Shown here piece after piece: positions 46,351 through 57,228 of a DNA stretch of 64,000 bases (position 1 is the first letter of the stretch; the number at the start of each line of letters is the position of its first letter). The notes under the pieces are model-generated. The model ran no database searches. It saw only the letters and a list, made by a program, of their open reading frames with translations, and was not told the DNA's origin. Source of the DNA: an uncultured Alphaproteobacteria bacterium (GTDB lineage Bacteria; Pseudomonadota; Alphaproteobacteria; RF32; CAG-239); the NCBI GenBank assembly GCA_944390355.1, contig CALXPT010000001.1:47115-111114 (forward strand). Reading direction: 5' to 3'. Position numbers and translations under genes: made by a program.

Positions 46351-47409
46351 ATGTGGCAGTATATTAACGCGCTGATTGATCGTATTGTGTTGAAAATTAA
46401 ACCTCATGCATCTAAAATCGAAAGGTTTTATAAAAAGCATTATAGTAAAAAATTATCGGCTTGCTCTCAGAGTTTTTTGAAACTTTGTGAGCCTTTTCTG
46501 AAAACATCTCTTAAAAGCAGAAAAAAAATTCTTGAAAATAATCTGTTTGAAAAAATCAGGCTTCTCTGCGTGCTGGTTGTTGTGTTTTTTTCTGCCGTGC
46601 TTGTTTATTCCGGCTCGTGCTGTTTGCTTTTGGCTTTGTTCTTAAATTCTTTGGTTATTTGGTTCTTGTTCCGTGGTTACAGAGCGGCTTATTTATGCGC
46701 CTTGGTTTGTTTTTTGTTTGAGCTTGCATTGGCTTTTAATTGGGTAGTGCTATCGGTTTTCGTTATTGCAGCTGCCGTTCTGTCTTGGGGATTTAGAATC
46801 GAAAATACACGTATCTCCTTAGAAAAATCTTTTCAATTACGTCGGACTTATTTTGATATTTTGAGAGATTGCGTTGCCGCTTCCTTGCTTGCTCTTTTTG
46901 TGTTGCTTGTCGGATTTATTCTGTTTTGGATTTCCGGTGAATCCGCTCAGGAAAAAGAGGCTCAGCTTGTCAAACAGCAACAGCTCGGTATCGTTGCCGG
47001 AACGGCGGCTAGGCATTTGTTCGGTTATGAGGATTTTTGCAAAAATCAGGGATATGTTTTGAAAAACTATCCGGTGGTGTTTGCTAAATTTTTTGCTCCC
47101 GAAATTTCTAAAATCGATACTGCTTTGAAAAAACAAGGCAGCAGTTTGCAAATCTTTTATCAAAATGCCAAAGATGCTTTCGGGCGTCGCCTTTATAACA
47201 GTATTGCCGAAGAAATTGAGACCATTCGTCAACAGGCCATTGTTGAAATGGTTTCATTAAAGAAGAACGTTAATCCTCAAGATGTTTTGTGGGACAGCGA
47301 TATTGACGGTATGATTTCAACAACAGAGGCTTGCGTGCTCTTTGATGAAATGGCCGAAAGCATTTTGTTGCGCCCTAATGCCTCCTTTGATGAAATGAAG
47401 AAATTTTGA
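46351..47409 (+). CDS. Polytopic membrane protein, hypothetical
   Basis: GAGGGG Shine-Dalgarno before MWQY; multiple TM segments; 4-nt overlap with the next gene. Confidence 0.45.
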   Translation: MWQYINALIDRIVLKIKPHASKIERFYKKHYSKKLSACSQSFLKLCEPFLKTSLKSRKKILENNLFEKIRLLCVLVVVFFSAVLVYSGSCCLLLALFLNSLVIWFLFRGYRAAYLCALVCFLFELALAFNWVVLSVFVIAAAVLSWGFRIENTRISLEKSFQLRRTYFDILRDCVAASLLALFVLLVGFILFWISGESAQEKEAQLVKQQQLGIVAGTAARHLFGYEDFCKNQGYVLKNYPVVFAKFFAPEISKIDTALKKQGSSLQIFYQNAKDAFGRRLYNSIAEEIETIRQQAIVEMVSLKKNVNPQDVLWDSDIDGMISTTEACVLFDEMAESILLRPNASFDEMKKF

Positions 47410-48629
47410 TGTTGAATTTTATTTGGGCAGGTTTCTTTATCGTTGGTTTTGTTGCGGCTTGCCTGCAATCTTTTGTTGACGGGGCGGTATGGAATAACAT
47501 TAGTATGGGAATATTTGAAGCCGCCAAAACAGGTTTTCGCATTTCTATTAATTTAACCGGTTTGTTATGCTTATGGATGGGTATTCTGAAAATTGCCGAA
47601 TCGGTTGGCATCACTGAATTTTTGGCAAAGCTTCTCAGGCCTTTGTTTGCTAAAATTTTTCCCGATGTGCCGCAAAATTCTCCCGCCTTTGGCTCGATTA
47701 TCATGAATATTGCCGCTAATATGCTCGGCTTAGATAATGCCGCTACACCTATGGGGTTAAAAGCCATGGAACAGCTCCAAGAAATTAATCCTCATAAATC
47801 TCGTGCTTCCAATGCTCAGGTGCTGTTTATCGTCTTAAATTCTTCGGCTCTGACTATCATTCCGATTGCAATTTTAATGTATCGTATGGAATTGGGCGCG
47901 GCGAATCCGAGTGCCGTTTTTATTCCGATTTTGATTGCTACTTCCGTTTCAACATTGGTGGCTTTTCTTTCGGTGGCTTTGCTACAAAAACTTAATATTT
48001 TTAACCGCGTCGTTTTAGCTTATTTAGCTGTTTTTCTTTGTTTTATTGCCTTTTTGACTTATGGTTTTTCTTTATTGCCGGCAGACAAAAAGCTCTCCTT
48101 ATCTACCGAAATCAGCAATTTTATTTTAATTGCCGTTATTGTCTTGTTTATTTCTCTCGGTTTATTAAAAAAAATAAATGTCTATGAGACTTTTATTGTG
48201 GGGGCTAAAGAAGGTTTTGACGTTGCAGTTAAAATTATTCCTTATCTTGTTGCCATGCTTTGTGCCATAAGCGTGTTCAGAGCCTCCGGTGCTTTTGATT
48301 TGTTGATTGCGGCTTTAGATAAATGTTTTAGTTGGCTGGGGATGGATACCGATTTTGTTCCGGCTTTGCCTACCGCTTTTATGAAGCCCTTATCCGGCAG
48401 CGGCGCGCGTGCCATGATGATTGAAACCATGCAAAATTTCGGACCTGATTCTTTTCCGGCTTTTGTTTCTTGTATCGTTCAGGGGGCTTCCGAAACAACC
48501 TTTTATGTTTTCGCAGTTTATTTCGGGGCAGTGCGTATCTCCAAAACAGGTTCTGCACTCGGGTGCGCTCTTTTGGCCGATTTAGCCGGTATTATCTCAG
48601 CTATTTGGGCTGCTTATTTGTTCTATTAA
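47406..48629 (+). CDS. Nucleoside-recognition (Gate) domain membrane protein (SpmA/SpmB/YjiH-like)
   Basis: Two Gate-domain halves. Confidence 0.55.
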   Translation: MMLNFIWAGFFIVGFVAACLQSFVDGAVWNNISMGIFEAAKTGFRISINLTGLLCLWMGILKIAESVGITEFLAKLLRPLFAKIFPDVPQNSPAFGSIIMNIAANMLGLDNAATPMGLKAMEQLQEINPHKSRASNAQVLFIVLNSSALTIIPIAILMYRMELGAANPSAVFIPILIATSVSTLVAFLSVALLQKLNIFNRVVLAYLAVFLCFIAFLTYGFSLLPADKKLSLSTEISNFILIAVIVLFISLGLLKKINVYETFIVGAKEGFDVAVKIIPYLVAMLCAISVFRASGAFDLLIAALDKCFSWLGMDTDFVPALPTAFMKPLSGSGARAMMIETMQNFGPDSFPAFVSCIVQGASETTFYVFAVYFGAVRISKTGSALGCALLADLAGIISAIWAAYLFY

Positions 48630-48651
48630 TCTTTCCTTATTCCTGCTTTAA

Positions 48652-49650
48652 TTACAGCCACTTCAGCCGCTTCATTAAAAAGACAAGCATTCCGCAGAGT
48701 ATGAGCATGACGGCGCAGACCGTGGCAAAGGCGTAGGGCTTTTCCGCATAAGGGATTCCTTCGACATTCATCCCAAGCAAACCGGTCAGCATGGTCAGCG
48801 GCGTAAAAATTACGGTTACCAATGAAATCGTATACATGATTCTGGTCATACTAATACTAACCTTGCTTTGCATCTCTTCACTAAAAACGCTCATTTGCTC
48901 TCGGCAATAGTCCAAATCTTCTACGGCTTTGGTGATATCGTTGTATATCTCTCGGATATCTTCCCTGTCTTCTTCCGTCAGTGCATCCCATTTGTCATTT
49001 TGCAGCTGGATAAATATTTCTCGCTGCGGAGCGGCGTAGCGTCTTATGGCGATGATGTCTCGACGCATATTTGAAATTTTATCTCTCAAATTCAAATCAC
49101 TTAATGAATCCGCATCCAATATTTTTTCTTCAACATCTGCCGTTTCATCCAGCATGTCTATTATCGTGTCATTAATGCTGTCTGACATATTTTGAGCCAA
49201 TAGCAAAAACAACTGCATGGGGGATGTCGGCAGACCTTCCGCACTTGAGATTAGTTCCCTCAAATCACTAACCGCTTTTAACGAATTATGCGATAAGGTG
49301 ATGATTTTGTTTTGTTCTACCCATACGCGCAAAGAAACCATATCTTCCATGGCAGCATTCGGATTATAATTTATGCCGCGCAAAATCAGCACTATTCCTT
49401 TTTTATGATGAAAATAACGCGGGCGCGTGCTTATATCACATAATGCCTCGGCAACATCGGAGGAAATGCCATAGTGCTTTGTTAAAATTTTTTTGGCTTC
49501 GGGGTTTTGATAATCCATATGCCGCCAGAAAAATTTGTCTTCCGTATTGTAGGCTATGGGCTTTTTGCTCAATGTAATTTTCGGGGCTTGGCCGTCTATA
49601 AAATCGACTAAAAACGAATCGGTTATGCCAGTAGAATTTTTGTTTTGCAA
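48652..49650 (-). CDS. corA: Magnesium/cobalt transporter CorA
   Basis: Two C-terminal TM segments with the GMN motif (LLGMNVEGIPY). Confidence 0.8.
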   Translation of the reverse strand: MQNKNSTGITDSFLVDFIDGQAPKITLSKKPIAYNTEDKFFWRHMDYQNPEAKKILTKHYGISSDVAEALCDISTRPRYFHHKKGIVLILRGINYNPNAAMEDMVSLRVWVEQNKIITLSHNSLKAVSDLRELISSAEGLPTSPMQLFLLLAQNMSDSINDTIIDMLDETADVEEKILDADSLSDLNLRDKISNMRRDIIAIRRYAAPQREIFIQLQNDKWDALTEEDREDIREIYNDITKAVEDLDYCREQMSVFSEEMQSKVSISMTRIMYTISLVTVIFTPLTMLTGLLGMNVEGIPYAEKPYAFATVCAVMLILCGMLVFLMKRLKWL

Positions 49651-49662
49651 TGTTTTATTCCT

Positions 49663-50928
49663 TTAATTTTTTAGGTATCTAAACGTACATTTTTTATTTA
49701 AATACGGGTCTTCTTTGATATTGGCTATTCCTTTAGATATGATTTCTATTACCCGCGGGTCATTATCGTATTCCGTATGGGCCGTTACCGGATTTACGAC
49801 GCCTACTCCGAATGCTGATATAATATCTGCTATGTTAATATCAATATTTGTTACCGACGGGCAGATACGAGAATCGATATAATTATTCACAAAATCCTGC
49901 GTAATGCCATAGCTTAACAAGTCATTCGGGTCTGAAAATGCTATAATTTTGGTTTCTTTAAAAACTCTGTCCTGATTTTTTTCGCCCTTCGCCGTACAAT
50001 AATTTTTTATTTGGTTGGTTACTTTTGGTGCCGGTCGGCCGATTTGCAACAAAGGCAACTGATTGGCCAGCATAAAAACGGTTATTTCTTTTTGTTTTAA
50101 TAGATTTATGATTTGTTCCGCCTCATGTCTGTTTTCTTTATTTGACGGCGGAAGAGTTTTTATTGTGGCGATTTCATCGGCTACACCGCTGACACTATCA
50201 AGTAAAATGCGGCTTCCCAAAGAGTGCGTGATAAAGATTATGTTTTCTTTACTCAAGTCCTTTATTTGATTGTATGATGAAACTTGGCAGAGTGATGTAT
50301 CATTATCCTCTAAATCTTCCCAACTGCGGCTTAGCATCCAGCAAGTTGCCTCTTTGGTGGCATTTAGAATTTGCGTTTTATCATCAACCAAATACATCAT
50401 CGGGTCCGGCAAAACATCATTTAAAAATGTTTTCATCGTATTATTAAATGCGGCTCGCTTATATGTATATGTGCCCGATGTATCATAATCCAGCACGCGT
50501 TTGGCTTCATCGGTGATATTTGACCAATTCAACTCATAGAAAATAACCGTCTTTTTCTCATCTTCACTTTGCATTCTGGTTACGCGCAAATTACCGATAT
50601 TTGTTTTTTTATCATGCGGGCTGACTAATGTCAGATTTTTATCTTCCTTAGACCATGTGGTCAGATTTAACGATCTGGCTAAATTTTCTTTAATGCGGCT
50701 CGAATATCCGGGGACATGTGAACCTACTCCGTGTATCATCATTACTTTTACGATATCTCCTTGCGACAGATAATCTTCTATTCCAAAAAAAGAATCGCCT
50801 GAGATTTCACATATTTTTTTATCCTCAGCACTATTATTTTCAATTATGGCCTGCGCTACTCCTTTTCCGAATGATTCACATCCCGATACGAATATGACAA
50901 GAGCTAATACCGCCAAAATTTTTTGCAT
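49663..50928 (-). CDS. Lipoprotein with alpha/beta-hydrolase (lipase/esterase) GxSxG motif
   Basis: Lipobox LVIFVSGC; nucleophile elbow ITHSLGS. Confidence 0.5.
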   Translation of the reverse strand: MQKILAVLALVIFVSGCESFGKGVAQAIIENNSAEDKKICEISGDSFFGIEDYLSQGDIVKVMMIHGVGSHVPGYSSRIKENLARSLNLTTWSKEDKNLTLVSPHDKKTNIGNLRVTRMQSEDEKKTVIFYELNWSNITDEAKRVLDYDTSGTYTYKRAAFNNTMKTFLNDVLPDPMMYLVDDKTQILNATKEATCWMLSRSWEDLEDNDTSLCQVSSYNQIKDLSKENIIFITHSLGSRILLDSVSGVADEIATIKTLPPSNKENRHEAEQIINLLKQKEITVFMLANQLPLLQIGRPAPKVTNQIKNYCTAKGEKNQDRVFKETKIIAFSDPNDLLSYGITQDFVNNYIDSRICPSVTNIDINIADIISAFGVGVVNPVTAHTEYDNDPRVIEIISKGIANIKEDPYLNKKCTFRYLKN

Positions 50929-51021
50929 CTTAATTATCCTTTAGCTATTTTTTTGTATCTTATCTTTATGAAGAAAATCTTGCAACTAATATCTCATTAA
51001 TTCTATGAAAGGTAGGCTTAT

Positions 51022-51477
51022 ATGAAAGCACTTGTTCAACGCGTTACCGAGGCTTCGGTTGCCATTGCGGGAGATGTTTATTCTCAAATCGGACAAGGCT
51101 ATTTGGTTTTACTCGGCGTTGAGCGTGATGACAGCTCTCTTGAAGCAGATTATTTGGCTAAAAAAATTGTTAATTTGAGAATTTTTGAAGATGAAAACGG
51201 AAAAATGAATCTTTCTATTGCCGACATTAAAGGGAGTATTCTCATTGTCTCTCAATTTACTTTGGCCGGTGATACTTCCCGCGGAAACAGGCCGGGATTT
51301 GAAACAGCCGCAAAACCCGAAACCGCTAAGCCTTTATACGAATATATGATTCAAAAACTCAGAGCGTATAATGTTGAAGTTAAAACCGGCATTTTCCAAG
51401 CGGAAATGAAAGTTAAGCTTATTAATGACGGGCCGGCGACTTTTATGCTTGAGAAAAAAGGAGCTATGCATGGTTAA
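51022..51477 (+). CDS. dtd: D-aminoacyl-tRNA deacylase
   Basis: [13 protein letters not shown]...SQFTLAGDT...NDGPATF; 151 aa. Confidence 0.85.
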   Translation: MKALVQRVTEASVAIAGDVYSQIGQGYLVLLGVERDDSSLEADYLAKKIVNLRIFEDENGKMNLSIADIKGSILIVSQFTLAGDTSRGNRPGFETAAKPETAKPLYEYMIQKLRAYNVEVKTGIFQAEMKVKLINDGPATFMLEKKGAMHG

Positions 51478-52261
51478 TGATTCTGACTTTCAAAACGAAG
51501 ATTATGAAGAGCCTCTTTCCCCTTTGGATATTGAAGTTTTATGGAATCGACTCAAAAGTTTGGAATATAATAATATGGTCGGAATCATCCAACTTGAACA
51601 GGATTTGTATTCGGCCATAAAGCAATTTCCTCTCATTAACGATTATTCCATTTTAATGCTCCATTTACAACTTATGAAAGGACAAATTGAGCGCGCTAAC
51701 GTAATGGCCTATAAAATCTGGGAAAAAGGCGGCGATATTCGTACCGAACCCTATCTCCTTTATTTGCAAGATTTAGTCGCTTTGAACTTGCGGGAAATGG
51801 CTAGTGAAATTTGCGAAAGTTTTATTTCCGAACTGGATGACCTACCCGAAGAGTTGTTTGTTCCTTTATTTAACTTTGCCTTTGCTCAGGCCGATGCCGA
51901 TTTGATTTTGAGTTTGGCTGCCCGTATGCGGGAAGATGTTTTTGAAGTTATTCAAAACATCATTCAATCTTATCAGGAATCCGGCGCTTGGGATATTTTT
52001 GCAGATTTTCAAGATATTATTTTTACCAAAACCTCGCATCAGCTTTGTGATTATAATATTGAATTTAATGCAGCGGGTGAATATCCTGTCTTGATTATTA
52101 ATCTCTATGTTTCTACCCTCAAAAATCAAGAAAACGACATTATCATTGCCCTACAACAATACTGTGCGGAAAATATGTTGGCGTTTCCTAATAATTTGGA
52201 AGTCAAGGTCTTAGCTATTCAGTCGCATTTGCCGGTGGAGCGTAGTCTCTTACCGGTGTGA
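51470..52261 (+). CDS. Hypothetical protein, 263 aa
   Basis: Start overlaps the dtd stop (ATGGTTAA). Confidence 0.45.
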   Translation: MVNDSDFQNEDYEEPLSPLDIEVLWNRLKSLEYNNMVGIIQLEQDLYSAIKQFPLINDYSILMLHLQLMKGQIERANVMAYKIWEKGGDIRTEPYLLYLQDLVALNLREMASEICESFISELDDLPEELFVPLFNFAFAQADADLILSLAARMREDVFEVIQNIIQSYQESGAWDIFADFQDIIFTKTSHQLCDYNIEFNAAGEYPVLIINLYVSTLKNQENDIIIALQQYCAENMLAFPNNLEVKVLAIQSHLPVERSLLPV

Positions 52262-53336
52262 TAATTGAAGGCAAAACATCTCTGCCCCAGTTTTCTTCCT
52301 GTTTATCCTTTAGGTATTTGACCATTCCGTAAGACAACTGTTCGCATGAATTATCAAAAAGTTTTTGCATTAATTCAAAGGCAACTTCTTGTTCGTTGTC
52401 TTTGGTTTGATATAGCACAAAGCGGTTTTGGTGGTCGGTATAGGTTTTGTTCTGCCCGACATATGTTACATCAACCGATGTTACCATTTGCAAACGATTA
52501 TTTTCGTGATTAACGGCATCTACTTTGGCTCGCAAAATTTTGGGAGATACAATAAATTCAGCTAGTCTCTTGTCTCCCGTTAACAAAAAATACGGACTGT
52601 TGCGAAACCAATCGCGCAGCAAATCTGCATAGCCGTCCGAGCTCGAACCATCAAAAAACGCCATCGGTTCAACATAAACTAAGCCTTGTTTTTTTAATGT
52701 GCCGGTTAATTGCTGCGACGACTTGTCTTCTTGAACGGACTGTGTTTCATCTTCAAAAACATTTTGCTTTGTTTTCGAATCCTGTGATGTTTTTTCCGTA
52801 TTGCCTATTATTATCTCTTTTGTTGCCAATTCGGCTTCCTGTTCGGCTTGTTGCGCTTGTACGGCCTTATTTAACTCTTTTGTTAACTCATCGGAAAGTT
52901 CGGCTGTTTTTTCGCTGATATCCTCATTTATTTCTTCGGGTTGAGACTGGCGGTTGAATACTTCATCTATCGCCTGAGCGATATTGGTTTCGGCGACGTA
53001 TCCCGAAATATCCACGCAGATTTTTTCTTCATCCTGAAAAGATGTTTTCATGTTCATGTCTTCAACATAATTGTCTACGATTTGGTAGACCATGACGTTG
53101 AAATCGTGTTCATCCAACTCCGTTTTAAATCGGCTGAGGGATGACATATTGCTTATGGCATTAAAGGCGGCGGCGTCGCTTGCTCTTACCCTCGCCGTTG
53201 ATTTGGTTTCATCGCCCTTTATGATTTCACAGGCACTGCCTTGGATTAAAACCGTATTATCTTCCGCAAAGCTCGCTATCGGAAGAAACATGGTTGATGC
53301 AATGACTGTCCATATACTGATTTTTTGTATTCTCAT
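52215..53336 (-). CDS. Secreted hypothetical protein, 373 aa
   Basis: Signal peptide, acidic Q/E-rich middle region. Confidence 0.5.
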   Translation of the reverse strand: MRIQKISIWTVIASTMFLPIASFAEDNTVLIQGSACEIIKGDETKSTARVRASDAAAFNAISNMSSLSRFKTELDEHDFNVMVYQIVDNYVEDMNMKTSFQDEEKICVDISGYVAETNIAQAIDEVFNRQSQPEEINEDISEKTAELSDELTKELNKAVQAQQAEQEAELATKEIIIGNTEKTSQDSKTKQNVFEDETQSVQEDKSSQQLTGTLKKQGLVYVEPMAFFDGSSSDGYADLLRDWFRNSPYFLLTGDKRLAEFIVSPKILRAKVDAVNHENNRLQMVTSVDVTYVGQNKTYTDHQNRFVLYQTKDNEQEVAFELMQKLFDNSCEQLSYGMVKYLKDKQEENWGRDVLPSIITPVRDYAPPANATE

Positions 53337-53454
53337 GTGTGCAGATTATAGTTTTTTTTCAAAAATCTCACCTGTTTTTTTGCACTTATTCACTTATTGA
53401 TTTTTTTAGTATTTATGTTATGGTGTTGCAAAATTTATTTGATGAGGAAATCTT

Positions 53455-53892
53455 ATGGTTATTACTTTTTCGGCAATTTTGTTCGGTATGCTCTTTTTAT
53501 TCAAGCCCCTGCAAAAAAATGCTTTTTACATTCTTCATGCTGCGATTGTCATCTTGGCGGCTTATTATGTTGAAACGCATTATTTTCGGGCTCCGATTTT
53601 CGGGCATAAAACATTTTTGCTGTTTTTAATCTTCCATCTTATTTCTATTAATCTCGTTACGATTTTTGCTTATTGGAAAGATAAAAAAGCGGCTATGCGC
53701 GGAAATTGGCGCGTACCGGAAATGCAACTCCACACATTGGAGCTTTTGGGCGGTTGGTGCGGGGCTTATATGGCTCAAAAAATGTTTCGACACAAGACAA
53801 AGAAAAAAAGCTTTCGCGCCATGTTTTGGTTGATGCTTGTTTTTCAAGTTGCTTTTATTTGGATTGCTCTGAAATATCTGCGTCTGATTTAG
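53455..53892 (+). CDS. DUF1294-family membrane protein
   Basis: KDKKAAMRGNWRVPEMQLHTLELLGGWCGAYMAQKMFRHKTKKKSF matches the DUF1294 consensus. Confidence 0.6.
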   Translation: MVITFSAILFGMLFLFKPLQKNAFYILHAAIVILAAYYVETHYFRAPIFGHKTFLLFLIFHLISINLVTIFAYWKDKKAAMRGNWRVPEMQLHTLELLGGWCGAYMAQKMFRHKTKKKSFRAMFWLMLVFQVAFIWIALKYLRLI

Positions 53893-53922
53893 TTCAAAAG
53901 CACCCTGCTCGGGTGCTTTCCG

Positions 53923-54798
53923 TTATTTCAAACAAGCTAATTCTCCAACTGCCTTTTGTAATTTGCGAATCGAGTTTAGTTCTATTTGCCGCACGCGTTC
54001 TTTCGAAATGCTGTATGCCCGACTCAGGTCATCTAATGTCAGAACTTTTTCCGACAAACGTCTCTTGAAAAGTATGTCTTTTTCTCTTTCGTTGAGGCAT
54101 GACAGGGCTTTGGTGAACAGTTTTTTGCGATATTGATAGGTTTCGGAATAGCCTAACTGTTCTTCTTGGTTGGGTTTTTTGTCCGCTATAAAATCCTGCC
54201 ATTCACGGCTATTGTCCGAAGAATCGACAACCATGTTGAGTGAGCCATCGTGCGCGGACATACGATTATTCATTTCCGTTACTTCTTGCACACTTACATC
54301 CAATGAATGCGCTATATCGGCCAATATTTCATTGCTGAGTTCCTTATCCTCCATTAACCGGAGGTTGTTCTTGACTTTTCGCAAATTAAAAAACAGCTTC
54401 TTCTGCGCCGCAGTTGTTCCGATTTTGACCAATGACCATGAATTCAGAATATATTTTTGAATTGAGGCTTTTATCCACCACAAGGCATAGGTTGAAAATC
54501 TAAATCCTTTATCCGGATCAAATTTTGCAACCGCATACATCAGCCCGATGTTTCCCTCGGATATCATTTCACTCAACGGTAGGCCGTACCCCTTGTATTT
54601 GGACACAACCTTTACTACCAAGCGCAAATGCGGCATTATCAGCTGATAAGCTATCTTTTCATCATGACTTGCCTGATAGGCCTTGGCGAGTTTATATTCT
54701 TCTTTCACATCCAGTATCGGATACTTTCGAATGCTTTGCAGATATCTTGCTAGATTAAGTTCGGGTGAGAATTCAAGTCCAATAAGAGTGTCTGCCAT
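53923..54798 (-). CDS. rpoH: RNA polymerase sigma-32 factor RpoH
   Basis: Region 2 and the RpoH box (TAAQKKLFFNLRK), regions 3 and 4. Confidence 0.85.
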   Translation of the reverse strand: MADTLIGLEFSPELNLARYLQSIRKYPILDVKEEYKLAKAYQASHDEKIAYQLIMPHLRLVVKVVSKYKGYGLPLSEMISEGNIGLMYAVAKFDPDKGFRFSTYALWWIKASIQKYILNSWSLVKIGTTAAQKKLFFNLRKVKNNLRLMEDKELSNEILADIAHSLDVSVQEVTEMNNRMSAHDGSLNMVVDSSDNSREWQDFIADKKPNQEEQLGYSETYQYRKKLFTKALSCLNEREKDILFKRRLSEKVLTLDDLSRAYSISKERVRQIELNSIRKLQKAVGELACLK

Positions 54799-54889
54799 TT
54801 TCTTAAGTCTCCCTTAAATGAACTTTTACAACTTTATATTGTATTAAGAATATTTGCAAGCTATTCTTTAGTATAGATTACAGAAAAAT

Positions 54890-55867
54890 TCAGAATCCGG
54901 TTTGCAATATTTTTATCAAGTTCTGCATATCTTGCGGGAGTTCGGCGGTAAATGATATAAATTGTTGTGTTCGCGGATGAATGAAACCTAAAGTTGCAGC
55001 ATGCAGGGCTTGGCGCGGAAAATCGTTCACTTCATTTTTTATTTCCGTCGGCAGTGCTACTGTTGTTTTGTGATTTTTTACATAAACCTTATCCCCGATT
55101 AAATTGCAACCTCGAGATGACAGATGTACTCTGATTTGATGCGTGCGACCGGTCTCAAGACGGCATTCTACCATGGAGGCGGCATTGTGAAATATCTTGA
55201 GCGTTTTATAATTTGTTATCGCATGTTTTCCGCCTGATTTTAACACAGCCATTTTCTTGCGGTCATAGGGGCTTCGGCCGATATTGGTTTCAATCTTTCC
55301 TTCTAAGGGCTGCATTACACCGTAAACTACCGCATAATATGTTCGCTCTATGGAATGTTGGGCAAACTGCAGGCTTAAACCATGGTGTGCCATGTCGTTT
55401 TTGGCAACGACCAGCAAGCCGCTGGTTTCTTTATCTATTCGGTGCACTATTCCGGGGCGTTTCACTCCTCCTATGCCTGATAAGCGTCCCTGACAATGAA
55501 AAAGAAGTGCGTTCACAAGTGTATGTTCATAAGCTCCGGGGGCCGGATGAACCGTCATTCCCGCCGGTTTGTTAACAACCAAAATATCTTCATCTTCATA
55601 GACTATCTCTAAGGGGATGTTTTCGGGAAGCGGCGTCGGTTCTTTTGCCTCCGGAATAACTATTTGAAAGCTGTCATCTAATCTTACTTTATATGAATTA
55701 TCGGTTATAATCGTATCTTCAAGAGAAACAGCTCCTTCTGCTATCAGCCGTTGTATTTGTGAGCGCGAAATCTCGGGTATACTTGAGGCTAAAAATTTGT
55801 CCAGCCGCTCTCCTTTGGTCGTTTCATCTACTTCCGGTGTTGTGTATGTTTGTGTTTCATTATCCAT
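54890..55867 (-). CDS. rluD: 23S rRNA pseudouridine synthase (RluD family)
   Basis: S4 domain followed by the RluA catalytic motif HRIDKETSGLLVVAK. Confidence 0.8.
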   Translation of the reverse strand: MDNETQTYTTPEVDETTKGERLDKFLASSIPEISRSQIQRLIAEGAVSLEDTIITDNSYKVRLDDSFQIVIPEAKEPTPLPENIPLEIVYEDEDILVVNKPAGMTVHPAPGAYEHTLVNALLFHCQGRLSGIGGVKRPGIVHRIDKETSGLLVVAKNDMAHHGLSLQFAQHSIERTYYAVVYGVMQPLEGKIETNIGRSPYDRKKMAVLKSGGKHAITNYKTLKIFHNAASMVECRLETGRTHQIRVHLSSRGCNLIGDKVYVKNHKTTVALPTEIKNEVNDFPRQALHAATLGFIHPRTQQFISFTAELPQDMQNLIKILQTGF

Positions 55868-55938
55868 TTACAATTCCTATTTTTTCTTATATCATTAGTG
55901 TTACTCTTTGTTCTAACCTTTTGCAAGGAAAATGATTC

Positions 55939-56232
55939 ATGGATAAACTCAAACTTGTTAAAGCTTTGGTCGCCTTATTGAGTTTTTTACTCGTGTTCGG
56001 TATTTTGACCGCAGCTACACTCATCTACAAAAAAATTAATGCTAGAAATAATCCTAATCAAAATACCATACAAACCATTCATTTAAACGAGCCTTTCGGC
56101 AGTTCCATTAACGCAATGTTAGAAAATAACGGGTATATTTACCTTCTCGTTAAAGACGGCGGCATAGCTGACCGAATTATTGTTCTGGATGCCGAGAAGC
56201 TCTCTAAAACCGCAAAAATTGTCTTGGAGTAG
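55939..56232 (+). CDS. Small membrane-anchored protein, 97 aa
   Basis: Single N-terminal TM. Confidence 0.4.
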   Translation: MDKLKLVKALVALLSFLLVFGILTAATLIYKKINARNNPNQNTIQTIHLNEPFGSSINAMLENNGYIYLLVKDGGIADRIIVLDAEKLSKTAKIVLE

Positions 56233-56251
56233 ATTGTGAAAGAGGTTTGAT

Positions 56252-57136
56252 ATGGCTGATGCTAACAGCGATGATGAATTTGAAAAATTATTAAATGATT
56301 TTATTTCGACTCAGCTCGAAGATGTCGACCTTGATAAGGTTTCTTCCGTTACCAAGGAAGCTGCCATTAACAACGTTTCCGACGTTGAAGTTCCCTCTTT
56401 GAACAAGTCTCATCCTACTTCGGAACAAGATGATGATGATGAGTTGGCTGCGCTTAAAGAAGGTGAAAAAGCTTTATTTAAAGCCTATCATAACTTTAAG
56501 GATGCCATTGATATGATGGCCGAAGAAAACAAGCTGCCTCCGATTGCGTTTAGAGTTCAGCCGGATAAACTTGTCCCTCACTATAAACCGTCTGTCGGAA
56601 AACTCATTGCCGAAGATACTCTTGCCGGTTGGGATGTCATGATTCAATGCGACCCTGATACGTTTGTTCAAATCCGTCATGACATGACAGACGAACAGCT
56701 ACTCGATTTTGCCGAAAAAACTAATGATGATGTCGTCCAATTCGCTTTGATTTCTTATGTCGAAATTTTGATTGAAATGGAAGGATGCGAAATTTCTTAT
56801 AAAGAACGCAAACTTAAACGCGAAAAGAAAAAACTCGAACGCAAAATTTATGAAGACCATCAACGCCGGATTGAATTGATTAACCGCTACATTAAAGCCG
56901 TGCAGGAAAAAAACTTTCCCATTGATGCCGAAAGGCTTGTTAAAAACTATTTTAAAACCGCTAAAAAAGACCCCGACGGCGCTTATAAAGTTTTAACACA
57001 GAATCCCGCCGTCTATGCTCCGATTCAAGTCGATAAAATTAAACCAAGGTTCTTCGGCCTTTTGAAAGTTAAGCCTCAGGACGGTATTCGGATGAACAAA
57101 CTTATCGGGGAATTTTTGAAAAAGCTAAAAGCATAA
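56252..57136 (+). CDS. Acidic hypothetical protein, 294 aa
   Basis: N-terminus MADANSDDEF, similar to the start of the next gene (MADENDKF). Confidence 0.45.
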   Translation: MADANSDDEFEKLLNDFISTQLEDVDLDKVSSVTKEAAINNVSDVEVPSLNKSHPTSEQDDDDELAALKEGEKALFKAYHNFKDAIDMMAEENKLPPIAFRVQPDKLVPHYKPSVGKLIAEDTLAGWDVMIQCDPDTFVQIRHDMTDEQLLDFAEKTNDDVVQFALISYVEILIEMEGCEISYKERKLKREKKKLERKIYEDHQRRIELINRYIKAVQEKNFPIDAERLVKNYFKTAKKDPDGAYKVLTQNPAVYAPIQVDKIKPRFFGLLKVKPQDGIRMNKLIGEFLKKLKA

Positions 57137-57228
57137 TTATTTTGCGGAAAATAATAGACAAAAACTAAAAATTGTGTTAAAGTAGTATTCAGATAAGAAA
57201 GCATATTTTGATTTAAGGTAGAATAAAA

